Positions 8,942-18,969 of a DNA stretch of 64,000 nucleotides are shown here, piece after piece. Every line of letters starts with the position of its first letter. Position 1 is the stretch's first letter. The DNA is from a virus. Its lineage: Duplodnaviria; Caudoviricetes. The notes under the pieces are model-generated. The model searched no databases, was not told where the DNA came from, and was given only the letters and a program-made list of their open reading frames with translations. Both the position numbers and the translations under genes were made by a program. The DNA is taken from positions 160,001 to 224,000 of the IMG/VR virus record IMGVR_UViG_3300025121_000014. One strand, 5' to 3'.

Positions 8942-9424
8942 TTAAATTTTAAAAGTTTTATTAATTGCTATAAATGTATTTTTATATTCTTTTTTATTTG
9001 TAATTTCTTCAGTAAACCATTTTTCTATTGGTAGCGTATCAATTAATACTTCTGTTTCTGCTTCATATTCACAAACAATTAATTCAGTATCGTAATAAAC
9101 AATAACATTCATAATTCGTTCAGGATCAATAGAATTAGGTACAGTATATATTTTTCTATTTAATACTTTTCTACCTGCCAATACTATTGATAAATTAAAT
9201 TCATCTTCTGATATTTTATAAATAACTTCTTTTTTAAATTTACTATTTTCGTCTACTAATATTAGTTGAAAATCCATATCATTAGTAGATTTAACTAAAA
9301 CAGATAAACTATCGTGCAATTGACTAAGATAACCTATTGTAGTTTCTACAAAATTGTAATTTTGTAAATCAGGTAATTTTGATTTATCAACTAAATATTT
9401 TTTATTTATTGATTTTTTAAACAT
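8942..9424 (-). CDS. Hypothetical protein
   Basis: 160 aa ORF. Confidence 0.6.
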   Translation of the reverse strand: MFKKSINKKYLVDKSKLPDLQNYNFVETTIGYLSQLHDSLSVLVKSTNDMDFQLILVDENSKFKKEVIYKISEDEFNLSIVLAGRKVLNRKIYTVPNSIDPERIMNVIVYYDTELIVCEYEAETEVLIDTLPIEKWFTEEITNKKEYKNTFIAINKTFKI

Positions 9425-9433
9425 TGGTTTAAA

Positions 9434-9613
9434 TTATTTTTTTTCTAATATTATCCACAATATGACATATATAAAAAATATTGGAAATATAATAGTGTTG
9501 ATAACACCAAAAAGTATTCTCCATATAATAGGATCTATATCTGTATATTCACCTATACCTTCACATACACCACCTATCCAACTATTTTTTTCTATTCTAT
9601 ATAATTTTTTCAT
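9434..9613 (-). CDS. pspC: PspC-domain membrane protein (not in ORF track)
   Basis: Translated by hand: MKKLYRIEKNSWIGGVCEGIGEYTDIDPIIWRILFGVINTIIFPIFFIYVILWIILEKK (59 aa). Confidence 0.85.
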   Translation of the reverse strand: MKKLYRIEKNSWIGGVCEGIGEYTDIDPIIWRILFGVINTIIFPIFFIYVILWIILEKK

Positions 9614-9617
9614 TTTA

Positions 9618-9648
9618 CAAATATAATAAAAAATAGTAATATAACAAA
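9618..9648 (-). promoter_or_regulatory. Bacteroidota sigma70-type promoter (-33/-7)
   Basis: Minus strand TTTG-N19-TATATTTG, 4 nt before the pspC ATG (near-leaderless). Confidence 0.6.
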
Positions 9649-9649
9649 A

Positions 9650-9862
9650 TTATTTAGTAGGTAAAATAGCCCAAAGAATTATATAAGTTAATGCAAAAGG
9701 AATCCAAGTAAATATAGTTCCTAATATGAATATCAATCTCCACATCATAGGATCTGTATTTGTATATTCACCTATACCTTCACACACACCACCTAATATT
9801 CCTGGGGTTATTCTTCTTAATTTTCTTATCATTTTAAAATAATTATTTTTTAAATTTATCAT
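9650..9862 (-). CDS. pspC: PspC-domain membrane protein
   Basis: KLRR...ILGGVCEGIGEYTNTDPMMWRLIF plus a TM helix ending YIILWAILP; the real start may be the Met at 9832. Confidence 0.88.
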   Translation of the reverse strand: MINLKNNYFKMIRKLRRITPGILGGVCEGIGEYTNTDPMMWRLIFILGTIFTWIPFALTYIILWAILPTK

Positions 9863-9878
9863 AATTTTTCATATCAAA

Positions 9879-10742
9879 TTAGTTAGAAAGCTTATCATAG
9901 AAATCTTTCATCTCTTGAATTTGAATACTTAATTCTGGAATAGTTAAATCTATATCAGTTTCATTAAGAGTACTTAATGTTCTATTACACATAGATGACG
10001 CTTCTTTAGGTTCTACTTCTATGTTTAGTTCATAAATATTCGATATCATATTAACTAATTCTTCTTTTGTTACACTATTAGGTGAATATACGTGTTTAAC
10101 ACCTTCCCAATATAAATCATTTTTGATAATATATTCACATACTTTTGCAAATTGTAGACAAGTAATACCATTCCATGAATGATTAGTATAACCAAATACT
10201 TTTTTATCTTTATTCGATTTTATCCATTCAACTAATGATCTAGCTTGATTAACTTCTTCACCTATAATAGAAGTTCTAACAACAGTCGTATTTGCTGGTT
10301 CTCCTAATGATTTAGTTCTACCATAAATATCTGTTACATCATGTTCAGCATCTTCTTTATAATTACCGTTATTACCACTATATACACAATCCGTAGTTAT
10401 ATGAATTAATTTATAACCTAAAAAATCACAAGCATCTTTTAAATCGTATGGGAATAATGAATTGATTTTAATTGCATTTTTCACACCTAATTTATCTACT
10501 TGTGGTTTTATAGTACCTATACAATTTATAACAATAACTTCATCTGTGTTTATTAATTTCATATTATCTAATTTTATCTTTAAGTCGTTTAGAGCGTCTT
10601 TTGATGCATCTAATATTGTTCTATCTGTTCCAATAACATCTATACCTTTATTTAAAAAATATTTATAAACATATCTTCCTAACATTCCATTCTTACCTAA
10701 TACTATAATTCTTTTTTTCATTTTATTTGTTTTATTTTTCAT
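9879..10742 (-). CDS. RmlD-like NDP-4-keto-6-deoxyhexose reductase (SDR)
   Basis: GKNGMLG, INCIG, HITTDCVYSG and YGRTKSLGE. Confidence 0.88.
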   Translation of the reverse strand: MKNKTNKMKKRIIVLGKNGMLGRYVYKYFLNKGIDVIGTDRTILDASKDALNDLKIKLDNMKLINTDEVIVINCIGTIKPQVDKLGVKNAIKINSLFPYDLKDACDFLGYKLIHITTDCVYSGNNGNYKEDAEHDVTDIYGRTKSLGEPANTTVVRTSIIGEEVNQARSLVEWIKSNKDKKVFGYTNHSWNGITCLQFAKVCEYIIKNDLYWEGVKHVYSPNSVTKEELVNMISNIYELNIEVEPKEASSMCNRTLSTLNETDIDLTIPELSIQIQEMKDFYDKLSN

Positions 10743-11149
10743 CTATATTCAATATCCCATATATCCCATTTATTATATGATTCTCTAAAATCATCGCCTT
10801 TACCTTCTTCCATAGTAACAGTTGAAAAGAATATTACAATTGTATCTTCTTCTAATGTTTTAAATCCGTTATAATTTCCAGGTGGAATCCATAATATTTT
10901 AGGTGATGTATCACTTAAAACGAATTTATTAATTTCTTCTGTTTCCATATTAACTATACCTAATGATATAGAACCTTTTGGAACATAAACATATTTTCCT
11001 TCTTTTTTATGACCGTGCCAAGCTCTTATAAATCCTTTTTCATGATTTTCTACTTGATAAAATCTTTTAACTCCTTCGAAGTTAAAATCATTTACAAATC
11101 TTAATGTTCCTCTATCATCCGTAAATAATGCGCCTTTTATTTCTTTCAT
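10739..11149 (-). CDS. RmlC-like cupin (sugar 3,5-epimerase)
   Basis: DDRGTL, RAWHGHKKE and LWIPPGNYNGFKTLE. Confidence 0.85.
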   Translation of the reverse strand: MKEIKGALFTDDRGTLRFVNDFNFEGVKRFYQVENHEKGFIRAWHGHKKEGKYVYVPKGSISLGIVNMETEEINKFVLSDTSPKILWIPPGNYNGFKTLEEDTIVIFFSTVTMEEGKGDDFRESYNKWDIWDIEYR

Positions 11150-12114
11150 ATTTTCTTTAAATTGTTTTTATATTTTAGTTTATTTTTAATAAATTGTCCA
11201 TTATAATATGTATTTTCTTTTACATCACTTATTCTTTTTTCTTTAAAAATTTTAATCATATTTTTTACTTCTGATTCAATAGTATATAATGGTCGATATT
11301 CAAAATTATCCAATAATTTTTTATTACTAACTTTATAATTTCTTGCATCTTCAAAAGATATTTCAGTATAATTTATTTTAGTTTCAGGAATTACTTTAAC
11401 TACTCTTTCACCTAATGATTTCATAGTTGTATTTTCTTGAGATAATATAAATGTTCCTCTAATATCTTTTCTTACTGCTTCTTCTATATATCCAGCTATA
11501 TCTTTTATACAAATTAATGGTCTCCATTGTTCTCCACCAAATATATTTATTTCACCATCAAATATAGATTTCATAGTAATCACATTAACTACCAAATCTA
11601 ATCTAATTCTAGAATAAGTATCTCCAATTCCATAAACAGTTCCTAATCTAAATATTGTTCCATTTTTATCGGTAATATATTGTTCAGCTTTTAATTTAGT
11701 TGAAGCATAAGCTGATAATGGATTTGTAGGACTATTTTCATCTAACATATTATTTTGAGCACCATAAACAGAACAAGTACTCAAAAATATTAAATGTTTA
11801 TCATCAGATATATTATCACATATATTTCTGACAGCTTCATGGTTTATTTCATTTGTCAGTTCTAAATCAATAGAACAAGCTGGATCACCAACTAATGCGG
11901 CCATTATTATTATTACTTCAAAATTTTCTGATAATTCTACTATTTTGTTAGTATCTCTAATATCACCATATATAAAATTTACATTTTTTAAATATCTAGT
12001 TTCATAGACTAATTTATCAAAAATTGTAACATCATAATCTTTATCTGTTAGGTAATCGGTAGTATATCCTCCAATATAACCTGCCCCACCTAAAATTAGT
12101 ATTTTTTTATTCAT
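11146..12114 (-). CDS. NAD-dependent epimerase/dehydratase
   Basis: GGAGYIG, AALVGDPAC, STCSVYG, YASTK and FRLGTVYG. Confidence 0.9.
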   Translation of the reverse strand: MNKKILILGGAGYIGGYTTDYLTDKDYDVTIFDKLVYETRYLKNVNFIYGDIRDTNKIVELSENFEVIIIMAALVGDPACSIDLELTNEINHEAVRNICDNISDDKHLIFLSTCSVYGAQNNMLDENSPTNPLSAYASTKLKAEQYITDKNGTIFRLGTVYGIGDTYSRIRLDLVVNVITMKSIFDGEINIFGGEQWRPLICIKDIAGYIEEAVRKDIRGTFILSQENTTMKSLGERVVKVIPETKINYTEISFEDARNYKVSNKKLLDNFEYRPLYTIESEVKNMIKIFKEKRISDVKENTYYNGQFIKNKLKYKNNLKKI

Positions 12115-13205
12115 TATAAAAGTTGATTTAATTTTTCTATAATTAAGTCTGATGTATTACCATTACCTAACCAATCAGAATTAATTTTTATTTTACCATT
12201 TAGTATATCAATTATATACATTGTAGCTTGTGGCCAACTATCATCATATTTATTAACATTTAACATTACTGAACAATTATTTTCAACTGATTCTGGTCTT
12301 TCAGTAAAATCCCTTGGTACGATAACAGGGGTGTTAAATAACGAAGGTTCTTCTTGTGCAGTTCCACTATCGGATATAATGAATAAACTATGGTAAACAG
12401 CTTCTAAATAGGTTTTAAAAGACATTAAAGGAACAAGTTCTATATTTTTTTTATCTAAATCGATATTAAATTTTTTTAGCATTTGTTCAGTTCTACCAAA
12501 ATTTAACATTTTAATAGGTAAATTAAAAAATGTTTTTGACATATCATTAGCATAATTAATAATATTAATTAATCTATGTGGATATTTGAAATTTTCTGGC
12601 CTATGAATATCTAATATAATTTGATTATTGCGTTTAGGTGTTTTAAATATTTCTTCTTGATATTGTTTTGCTACTTCCACAATTGTATTACCGACAACGA
12701 ATATTTGTTCTTCTTTTATATTTTCTTGTAATGCTTTCTGTTTGTAATTTTCGTGATATACAAATAAATAATCTGAACAATGATCACAAACAACTCTATT
12801 TATTTCTTCTAACATTCTTTTATCATAACTTCTCATACCAGCTTCAATATGACCGATAGTATATCCTTCTTTTTTCAAAGATACAGCACAAGCTGCCGAA
12901 TTAGAATCACCTAAAAATAATATCATATCAGGTTTTAAATTTTCATTTCTAATTAATTCTATTATTTTAATTGATAAATCACCTAATTGATGGAAATGTT
13001 CTTTTCCTTTACCACCTATTTCTAAATTATAATCAGGTTTTCTAATTTTTAGTTCATCAAAGAATACATCAGATAATAATTTATCATAATGCTGTCCACT
13101 ATGAATTAAAATATGATTAAAATTATCATCTAATTTTTTAAAGATTGTAGACATTCTAATAAAGTCTGGTCTTATTCCTGTTATTGTTATTATAGTTTTT
13201 TTCAT
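12114..13205 (-). CDS. wecB: UDP-N-acetylhexosamine 2-epimerase (non-hydrolysing; WecB/FnlC type)
   Basis: GIRPDFIR, HSGQHYD, LGDSNS, HIEAGMRSYD...EEINR, SDSGTAQEE and TERPE. Confidence 0.92.
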   Translation of the reverse strand: MKKTIITITGIRPDFIRMSTIFKKLDDNFNHILIHSGQHYDKLLSDVFFDELKIRKPDYNLEIGGKGKEHFHQLGDLSIKIIELIRNENLKPDMILFLGDSNSAACAVSLKKEGYTIGHIEAGMRSYDKRMLEEINRVVCDHCSDYLFVYHENYKQKALQENIKEEQIFVVGNTIVEVAKQYQEEIFKTPKRNNQIILDIHRPENFKYPHRLINIINYANDMSKTFFNLPIKMLNFGRTEQMLKKFNIDLDKKNIELVPLMSFKTYLEAVYHSLFIISDSGTAQEEPSLFNTPVIVPRDFTERPESVENNCSVMLNVNKYDDSWPQATMYIIDILNGKIKINSDWLGNGNTSDLIIEKLNQLL

Positions 13206-13227
13206 ATTGTTTATATATGAAAAATCA

Positions 13228-14271
13228 TTAAAAGTTATTTTTTAAATCAAATTTCATTATAATTTCAACTAATTCTTTAAATTTAACTTTTGGTTCCCAT
13301 CCTAATATATTTTTAGCTTTTGAATAATCACCGATTAAAATATCTACTTCTGCTGGTCTAAAATATTTAGGGTCAATTTCTATAATAATTTTACCTGTTT
13401 TTTTATCTATTCCTTTTTCATCTAATCCTTCCCCGAACCATTCAATATTAAACATTGTATATTTATCTGTTTCTTTTATAAATTCTCTTATAGAATGTGT
13501 TTCGTTAGTTGCTAAAATAAAATCGTCAGGTTTATCTTGTTGTAACATTAGCCACATACCTTCTACATAATCCGGTGCATAACCCCAATCTCTTTTTGAA
13601 TCCAAATTACCTAATTTTAATGTATTATATTCTTCATTATTTTGAATAGATTTTTGTATATTTGATAATGTAGTAGTAATTTTTCTAGTTACAAATGTTT
13701 CACCTCTACGTTTTGATTCGTGGTTGAATAATATTCCATTAGATATAAATAAATTATAACTTTCTTTATAGTTTTTACAAATCCAATATGAATATAATTT
13801 AGCTACACCGTAAGGACTTCTTGGATAAAACGGAGTAGTTTCTTTTTGTGGAATTTCTTGTACTAAACCAAATAATTCTGAAGTCGTAGCATTATAAAAT
13901 TTACAATTAGGTGTGTGTTTTTTCATTGCTTCTAATAATTTCAATGTTCCTAAAGCATCTACTTGACCAGTGTATTCAGGTATTGAAAAAGATACATGAA
14001 CGTGTGATTGTGCTGCAAGATTATAAATTTCATCTGGTTTAGTTTTAAATATAATATTATCTAATGATAACGAATCGCTCATATCACCGTAATGTAATTT
14101 TAAATTTGGATTATTGTAAATATGATTTATCCTACCTGTATTAAATGAACTAGAACGTCTTATTATACCGTGTACTTCATATCCTTTATTAAGAAGTAAT
14201 TCTGCTAAATAACTTCCATCTTGACCTGTCACACCCGTAATCAACGCTATTTTTTTTCTTTTATTTTTCAT
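13228..14271 (-). CDS. gmd: GDP-mannose 4,6-dehydratase
   Basis: [53 protein letters not shown] and RDWGYA. Confidence 0.97.
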   Translation of the reverse strand: MKNKRKKIALITGVTGQDGSYLAELLLNKGYEVHGIIRRSSSFNTGRINHIYNNPNLKLHYGDMSDSLSLDNIIFKTKPDEIYNLAAQSHVHVSFSIPEYTGQVDALGTLKLLEAMKKHTPNCKFYNATTSELFGLVQEIPQKETTPFYPRSPYGVAKLYSYWICKNYKESYNLFISNGILFNHESKRRGETFVTRKITTTLSNIQKSIQNNEEYNTLKLGNLDSKRDWGYAPDYVEGMWLMLQQDKPDDFILATNETHSIREFIKETDKYTMFNIEWFGEGLDEKGIDKKTGKIIIEIDPKYFRPAEVDILIGDYSKAKNILGWEPKVKFKELVEIIMKFDLKNNF

Positions 14272-14300
14272 TTATATATTTTATTTTTTTGATATATAGT

Positions 14301-15161
14301 TCATAAGTTAAATTTATCACCAATCATCATTTTAAGATTATCTTCATACCACATTTCATGATTTGTTTTTTCAAATTTATGGTTAGCTATTTTTTCTGGT
14401 ATTTCGTTTGGATTATTAAAATAAATACAATCTTCAAATTGCAATTCTTCATAATATCTTTCCATTCCTGGTTTTATTTGTTGAATTGGTATCGAACCTA
14501 CAAATAAAATTTCCCAAAATCTAGGAGGAATAGATATTGCTGTACTAATAGGGGCAACTACATATTTGTACTGGCTTATTAAATTAATATAATCTTCTGT
14601 ACTTCTTTTATTATCATCTCTTTTAAAAACATCTACTTCAATAACTTTACTAACTTTTTCTAAAATATCTTTCCTTTCCTTATGCCATGAAGCTTCATAT
14701 TGTCCAACAAAAACCGCTTTATTTATTTTTGTTTCTGATATATTAAATTTATTTTTAAAATTTTTAGAAATTAAACATTTATTTAAATATTTATGATTAT
14801 ATCTTGCTGCATCTTCAATATCAATAAAAAACTGTGTAACATTTTTCATATTATCAATAGTTCTTTGATAATCTTCATTCCAAGGAAATGCAGAATTCCA
14901 AACTTTTTCGACATTTAAAATAACTACTTGAATATCACTATTATCTAATCTTTTAATAAAATCTGAATAATTCCATTGTTCATTATTAGGAATAAAATGT
15001 TCATCTAATATAAATAATATATCAACTTTATCTAATGTAGATATATTTTTGTCATATATAAATACATTATCATTTGGAAACAAATTTATAATTGCATAAT
15101 ACCAATTTTGTATTATCATACAATAGGTATAATTACTACTTATTATGCATATATTTCTCAT
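14301..15161 (-). CDS. Putative glycosyltransferase (GT-B-like C-terminus), paralog of 17419-18264
   Basis: ISQYKYVVAP...PRFWEILFVGSIPIQ; island context. Confidence 0.55.
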   Translation of the reverse strand: MRNICIISSNYTYCMIIQNWYYAIINLFPNDNVFIYDKNISTLDKVDILFILDEHFIPNNEQWNYSDFIKRLDNSDIQVVILNVEKVWNSAFPWNEDYQRTIDNMKNVTQFFIDIEDAARYNHKYLNKCLISKNFKNKFNISETKINKAVFVGQYEASWHKERKDILEKVSKVIEVDVFKRDDNKRSTEDYINLISQYKYVVAPISTAISIPPRFWEILFVGSIPIQQIKPGMERYYEELQFEDCIYFNNPNEIPEKIANHKFEKTNHEMWYEDNLKMMIGDKFNL

Positions 15162-15164
15162 ATT

Positions 15165-16334
15165 TTAATTTATTTTTTTATTTACAATATCACATATAAA
15201 TAATATTTCATCTTTTGTTATTTGATGATTATTAGGTAAATACAATCCATATTTATCTACGTTATCAGCAAAATCAAATGATTGTTTTCCGTACATATCT
15301 ATCCAAAATGGTTGATTTCCTATATTGCCACATATTAAAGGTCTATTATCAATATTATTATTATTTAATTCTTTTACAATATCATCAATTTTAGGTGATA
15401 TAATTGGATAAGCAAAATTAGAAATATAATTATAATCATAATCAGTTATTTTCCAATAATCATTTTTTATATTTTTTTGATATAATTTATAATTTTTATT
15501 TCTAATTTTATTATGTTTATCTATTTTATTTAATTGATTAATTCCTATGAAAGCCTGTAAATCTGTTGACCTAAGATTAAAACCAGGTACAAAAAAAGAA
15601 TACAACGATTTAAAATCAGTAATATTATAATTGTTTTTTAATTTAGTTTGTTCATTTTCTTCTAAATCTCTAGACCAACCATGACTTCTTATAGATAATA
15701 GAATATTATATAATTCTTCATTATTTGTAGATACCATACCACCTTCTATAGTTGACATATGATGTCCAAAATAAAAAGAAAAAGAACTCATTAAACCAAA
15801 TGTTCCTGTTTTATTTCCTTTATATTCTGTTCCAATACTTTCACAAGAATCTTCTAATAATTGTACATCATATTTATTACAAATTTCTAATATTTCATCC
15901 ATTTTATTAGGAAAGGCTAATGCATGAACAATTATTAACGATGATGGATTTTCTGTTTTACATAAATATTCTAAATGTTCTAAATCTATACCTAGTGTAT
16001 CTTTATCACATTCACATAAGATCGGGGTTAATCCTAAATGTATAGTCGGGGAAACCGTTGTTACCCAAGATACACTAGGAACTACGATTTTATTATTTTT
16101 TAATCGTTTTGATAAAATCAAAGAATATACCATTGCTAAATTAGCTGATGATCCCGAATTTAAATATACAGAATATTTAACTCCTAACCATTTTGACCAT
16201 TTTTTTTCAAATTCTATTGTTAAACTTCCTTTCGTCAATTTAGGATTTGTTTTTAACCACTTTCTTAATAATTTTATATCTTTCTTATCTATTGTATCTT
16301 TAACTAGCGGAATATTTAAATTTTTTAATGTCAT
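15165..16334 (-). CDS. colD: ColD-like PLP-dependent GDP-4-keto-6-deoxymannose 3-dehydratase (DegT family with His at the catalytic site)
   Basis: NSGSSANL, EDSCES and SFSFYFGHHMSTIEGG (His instead of the Schiff-base Lys); 389 aa; near gmd. Confidence 0.72.
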   Translation of the reverse strand: MTLKNLNIPLVKDTIDKKDIKLLRKWLKTNPKLTKGSLTIEFEKKWSKWLGVKYSVYLNSGSSANLAMVYSLILSKRLKNNKIVVPSVSWVTTVSPTIHLGLTPILCECDKDTLGIDLEHLEYLCKTENPSSLIIVHALAFPNKMDEILEICNKYDVQLLEDSCESIGTEYKGNKTGTFGLMSSFSFYFGHHMSTIEGGMVSTNNEELYNILLSIRSHGWSRDLEENEQTKLKNNYNITDFKSLYSFFVPGFNLRSTDLQAFIGINQLNKIDKHNKIRNKNYKLYQKNIKNDYWKITDYDYNYISNFAYPIISPKIDDIVKELNNNNIDNRPLICGNIGNQPFWIDMYGKQSFDFADNVDKYGLYLPNNHQITKDEILFICDIVNKKIN

Positions 16335-17085
16335 CTATTGTATCATCCATTATTTTTTGATATTTATATTTAGTACTATTTAAATAAAATATTTTTCTTT
16401 TTAATAATAAATTATGATCAAAATTTTCTGTAACTAATTCATTATAATTTAAATCGAATTTATTATATAATTCTCTAATAAAATCATTAATATATATTAA
16501 TCTACCTGAGCCTACAATTTCATCATCTAATGCTATTATTGATTTTTCTATAATATATTTTGGATGAATTATATCTCTATAAAAATACGTATTGCCTATT
16601 TCTATTGAACTTTCATTAATTATAGAATCAAAAATTTTACTAAATAAAAATCCTTTTTTTCTATATGGACTATTGAAATTAAACGGATAAATTATAATGA
16701 CATTATTATAATTTTCTTTTATATAATTACTAATCATTTCTTTTGATTTTATATAAGGTGAATAATTATAACTATAATTTAGACTTAAATCAATAGGACC
16801 TTCACAATTATTCCATAATTCACACGTAGAATAATAAACTATCTTATTACATCTATCTTTAAAAAAATCAATCACTTTAATAGTATAATAAAAATTTATA
16901 TTAATAAATAATTGATCGTCATTTTCTATAAATGTTCTTTGCTCTGCAAAAGTGATATATACTCTGTCAAATTTATCATTTTTATATTTATCAAAATCTA
17001 TATTACGTGATGATATTTTTATATAATCATCTGGAAAATAATATGATAATTGTGATGTATTACCTATTACTAAGTTATTCTTCAT
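16300..17085 (-). CDS. Atypical SDR / NAD-dependent epimerase-like protein
   Basis: LVIGNTSQL, YYSTCELW, YIKSK (YxxxK), PFNFNS and RDIIH. Confidence 0.6.
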   Translation of the reverse strand: MKNNLVIGNTSQLSYYFPDDYIKISSRNIDFDKYKNDKFDRVYITFAEQRTFIENDDQLFININFYYTIKVIDFFKDRCNKIVYYSTCELWNNCEGPIDLSLNYSYNYSPYIKSKEMISNYIKENYNNVIIIYPFNFNSPYRKKGFLFSKIFDSIINESSIEIGNTYFYRDIIHPKYIIEKSIIALDDEIVGSGRLIYINDFIRELYNKFDLNYNELVTENFDHNLLLKRKIFYLNSTKYKYQKIMDDTIDDIKKFKYSAS

Positions 17086-17422
17086 GTCCTTTATATAATT
17101 TTACTGAATCTTCAATTAAAGATTTATTTTGTTTTATTGATTTATCAATCATTCTATTTATAGCTTCTACATATTTAGGTCTTTTTTGTTTAAAACAAAT
17201 ATCTATTTTCTTTTTATATTTAGCTATATCTTCATCATTTGTTGATTCACCTATAACATCTTCTAGATACCACATTCTACAATGAAGTATAGATAATTTT
17301 TCTATTACTTCTCCTATATTATCAGTTTCTATTAAATCGTTTGGTAAATCAACTTCTTTACTATTATTCAATGTTTCATGAACTATATTTTTTATTACTT
17401 CTTCTATTTTTTCTCCTATCAT
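17075..17422 (-). CDS. DUF4254-like helical protein
   Basis: IGEVIEKLSILHCRMWYLED pattern, typical of small proteins in polysaccharide loci. Confidence 0.55.
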   Translation of the reverse strand: MIGEKIEEVIKNIVHETLNNSKEVDLPNDLIETDNIGEVIEKLSILHCRMWYLEDVIGESTNDEDIAKYKKKIDICFKQKRPKYVEAINRMIDKSIKQNKSLIEDSVKLYKGHEE

Positions 17423-18264
17423 AACAAATTATCATTTTTTAATAATTTACCTATTGTATCTTCTAGCCATATCATATTATAACTATTATTTAATTTGCAA
17501 TTATTTATTTTGTTTTTTAATTCAGATATATTTTCAAAAAATATACAATCATCAAATTGTGATTCTATATCATAATATTTTAATGTATTATTTTTTACTT
17601 CTTGTATAGGTATTGATTTAGCTAATAATATTTCATAAAATCTCATTGGAAAAAAATGTGCATTACCAAAAGGTGAAATAACAAATTTATATTTTGCTAA
17701 TTTATGAATATATTCTATCCAAGTCATATTATTACTTTCAATTATATCTATTGGTATAATATTACTTATATGATTTAAAAGATTACGTCTTTTTTCATAA
17801 CCTACACTACCTATAAATATTGCTTTATTTAATTTATCTTGTTCTTGAATTTGCCCCAAAAAACTTTGAACATACTTTGATGGTGGCATTCTATTAAATC
17901 TTTTATTTAATTTTATGACATCATCTACATCAGACACATATTGATAAACATTATTAAATTTATTTACATATTCTTGATTTTCAACATTCCAAAAATAATC
18001 TGAATCCATAATACGTTCATTATTAAATATAATAACAATTATGTTGTTATTATTACATTCATTTATAAATTCTATATTCTTCCATATTTCTTTATTTTGT
18101 ATATGGTGTTCATCTCCTATACACAATATTTCTATATCATTTAAATCATTTATATTTTTAACTATTGTTAAATTTTTATAATGATACAGTATCGAATGAT
18201 AATAACTTTGAAATAATGGATGTTTTTGGAAATTTAAATCACATATTATACCTACATTTTTCAT
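17419..18264 (-). CDS. Putative glycosyltransferase, paralog of 14301-15161
   Basis: LAKYKFVISPFGN...RFYEILLAKSIPIQ. Confidence 0.55.
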   Translation of the reverse strand: MKNVGIICDLNFQKHPLFQSYYHSILYHYKNLTIVKNINDLNDIEILCIGDEHHIQNKEIWKNIEFINECNNNNIIVIIFNNERIMDSDYFWNVENQEYVNKFNNVYQYVSDVDDVIKLNKRFNRMPPSKYVQSFLGQIQEQDKLNKAIFIGSVGYEKRRNLLNHISNIIPIDIIESNNMTWIEYIHKLAKYKFVISPFGNAHFFPMRFYEILLAKSIPIQEVKNNTLKYYDIESQFDDCIFFENISELKNKINNCKLNNSYNMIWLEDTIGKLLKNDNLL

Positions 18265-18272
18265 TTAATTTA

Positions 18273-18953
18273 TTATTTTTTAGCTAATATCCAAGTTATT
18301 ATTGGACAATCTATTTCATTAAATCCTGGTCTACTACTATAATTATAATCTGACCAACCACTTGTAAATAAAGTATTTAAATATTGTCTATTTCCCCATT
18401 GACCAATTTCTAATATTTCAAAACCAGCTAATTTTGTCATAACTCCTAATCCTGATGGTGTTATACCAGTATAATAATGTTCGGGTGTACTATGTGGAAT
18501 ATTATTAGCTGGAACATTAGCATAAAAAATACCACCATCACATAAATGGTTATAAATATTTTTTAAACATAATATGGGATTATATAAATGTTCTATTGTT
18601 TGATTTATCATCAAAAAATCAAAATCTTTTTTATCTAAATTTAAAGTATGTAAATCATTATTAATAATATCTTCCGAATAATTATAATTAGTTATATTTT
18701 CGTAATTCATATACTCATATTCTGGATCAGAAGAACCATTAAATGATAAAACATTTTTGAAAAAAAATCCATATTTTATCATATATCGTTCAAATTCTAA
18801 AAGTGATATAACTCTTGGAAAATCTTTACCTTCCCATTTCCATTTTTTAGTTGGTTTTTGTGGTGGTAAAGGAACATATCTATTTTTATATTCTTCTGTC
18901 TCATTTATTTTGATATATTTATTATAAATATCATAAATTTCATTTTGATTCAT
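18273..18953 (-). CDS. Class I SAM-dependent methyltransferase
   Basis: FDFLMINQTIEHLYNP...L..IYNHLCDGGIFY. Confidence 0.7.
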   Translation of the reverse strand: MNQNEIYDIYNKYIKINETEEYKNRYVPLPPQKPTKKWKWEGKDFPRVISLLEFERYMIKYGFFFKNVLSFNGSSDPEYEYMNYENITNYNYSEDIINNDLHTLNLDKKDFDFLMINQTIEHLYNPILCLKNIYNHLCDGGIFYANVPANNIPHSTPEHYYTGITPSGLGVMTKLAGFEILEIGQWGNRQYLNTLFTSGWSDYNYSSRPGFNEIDCPIITWILAKK

Positions 18954-18969
18954 AATTTATTGTTATTTT

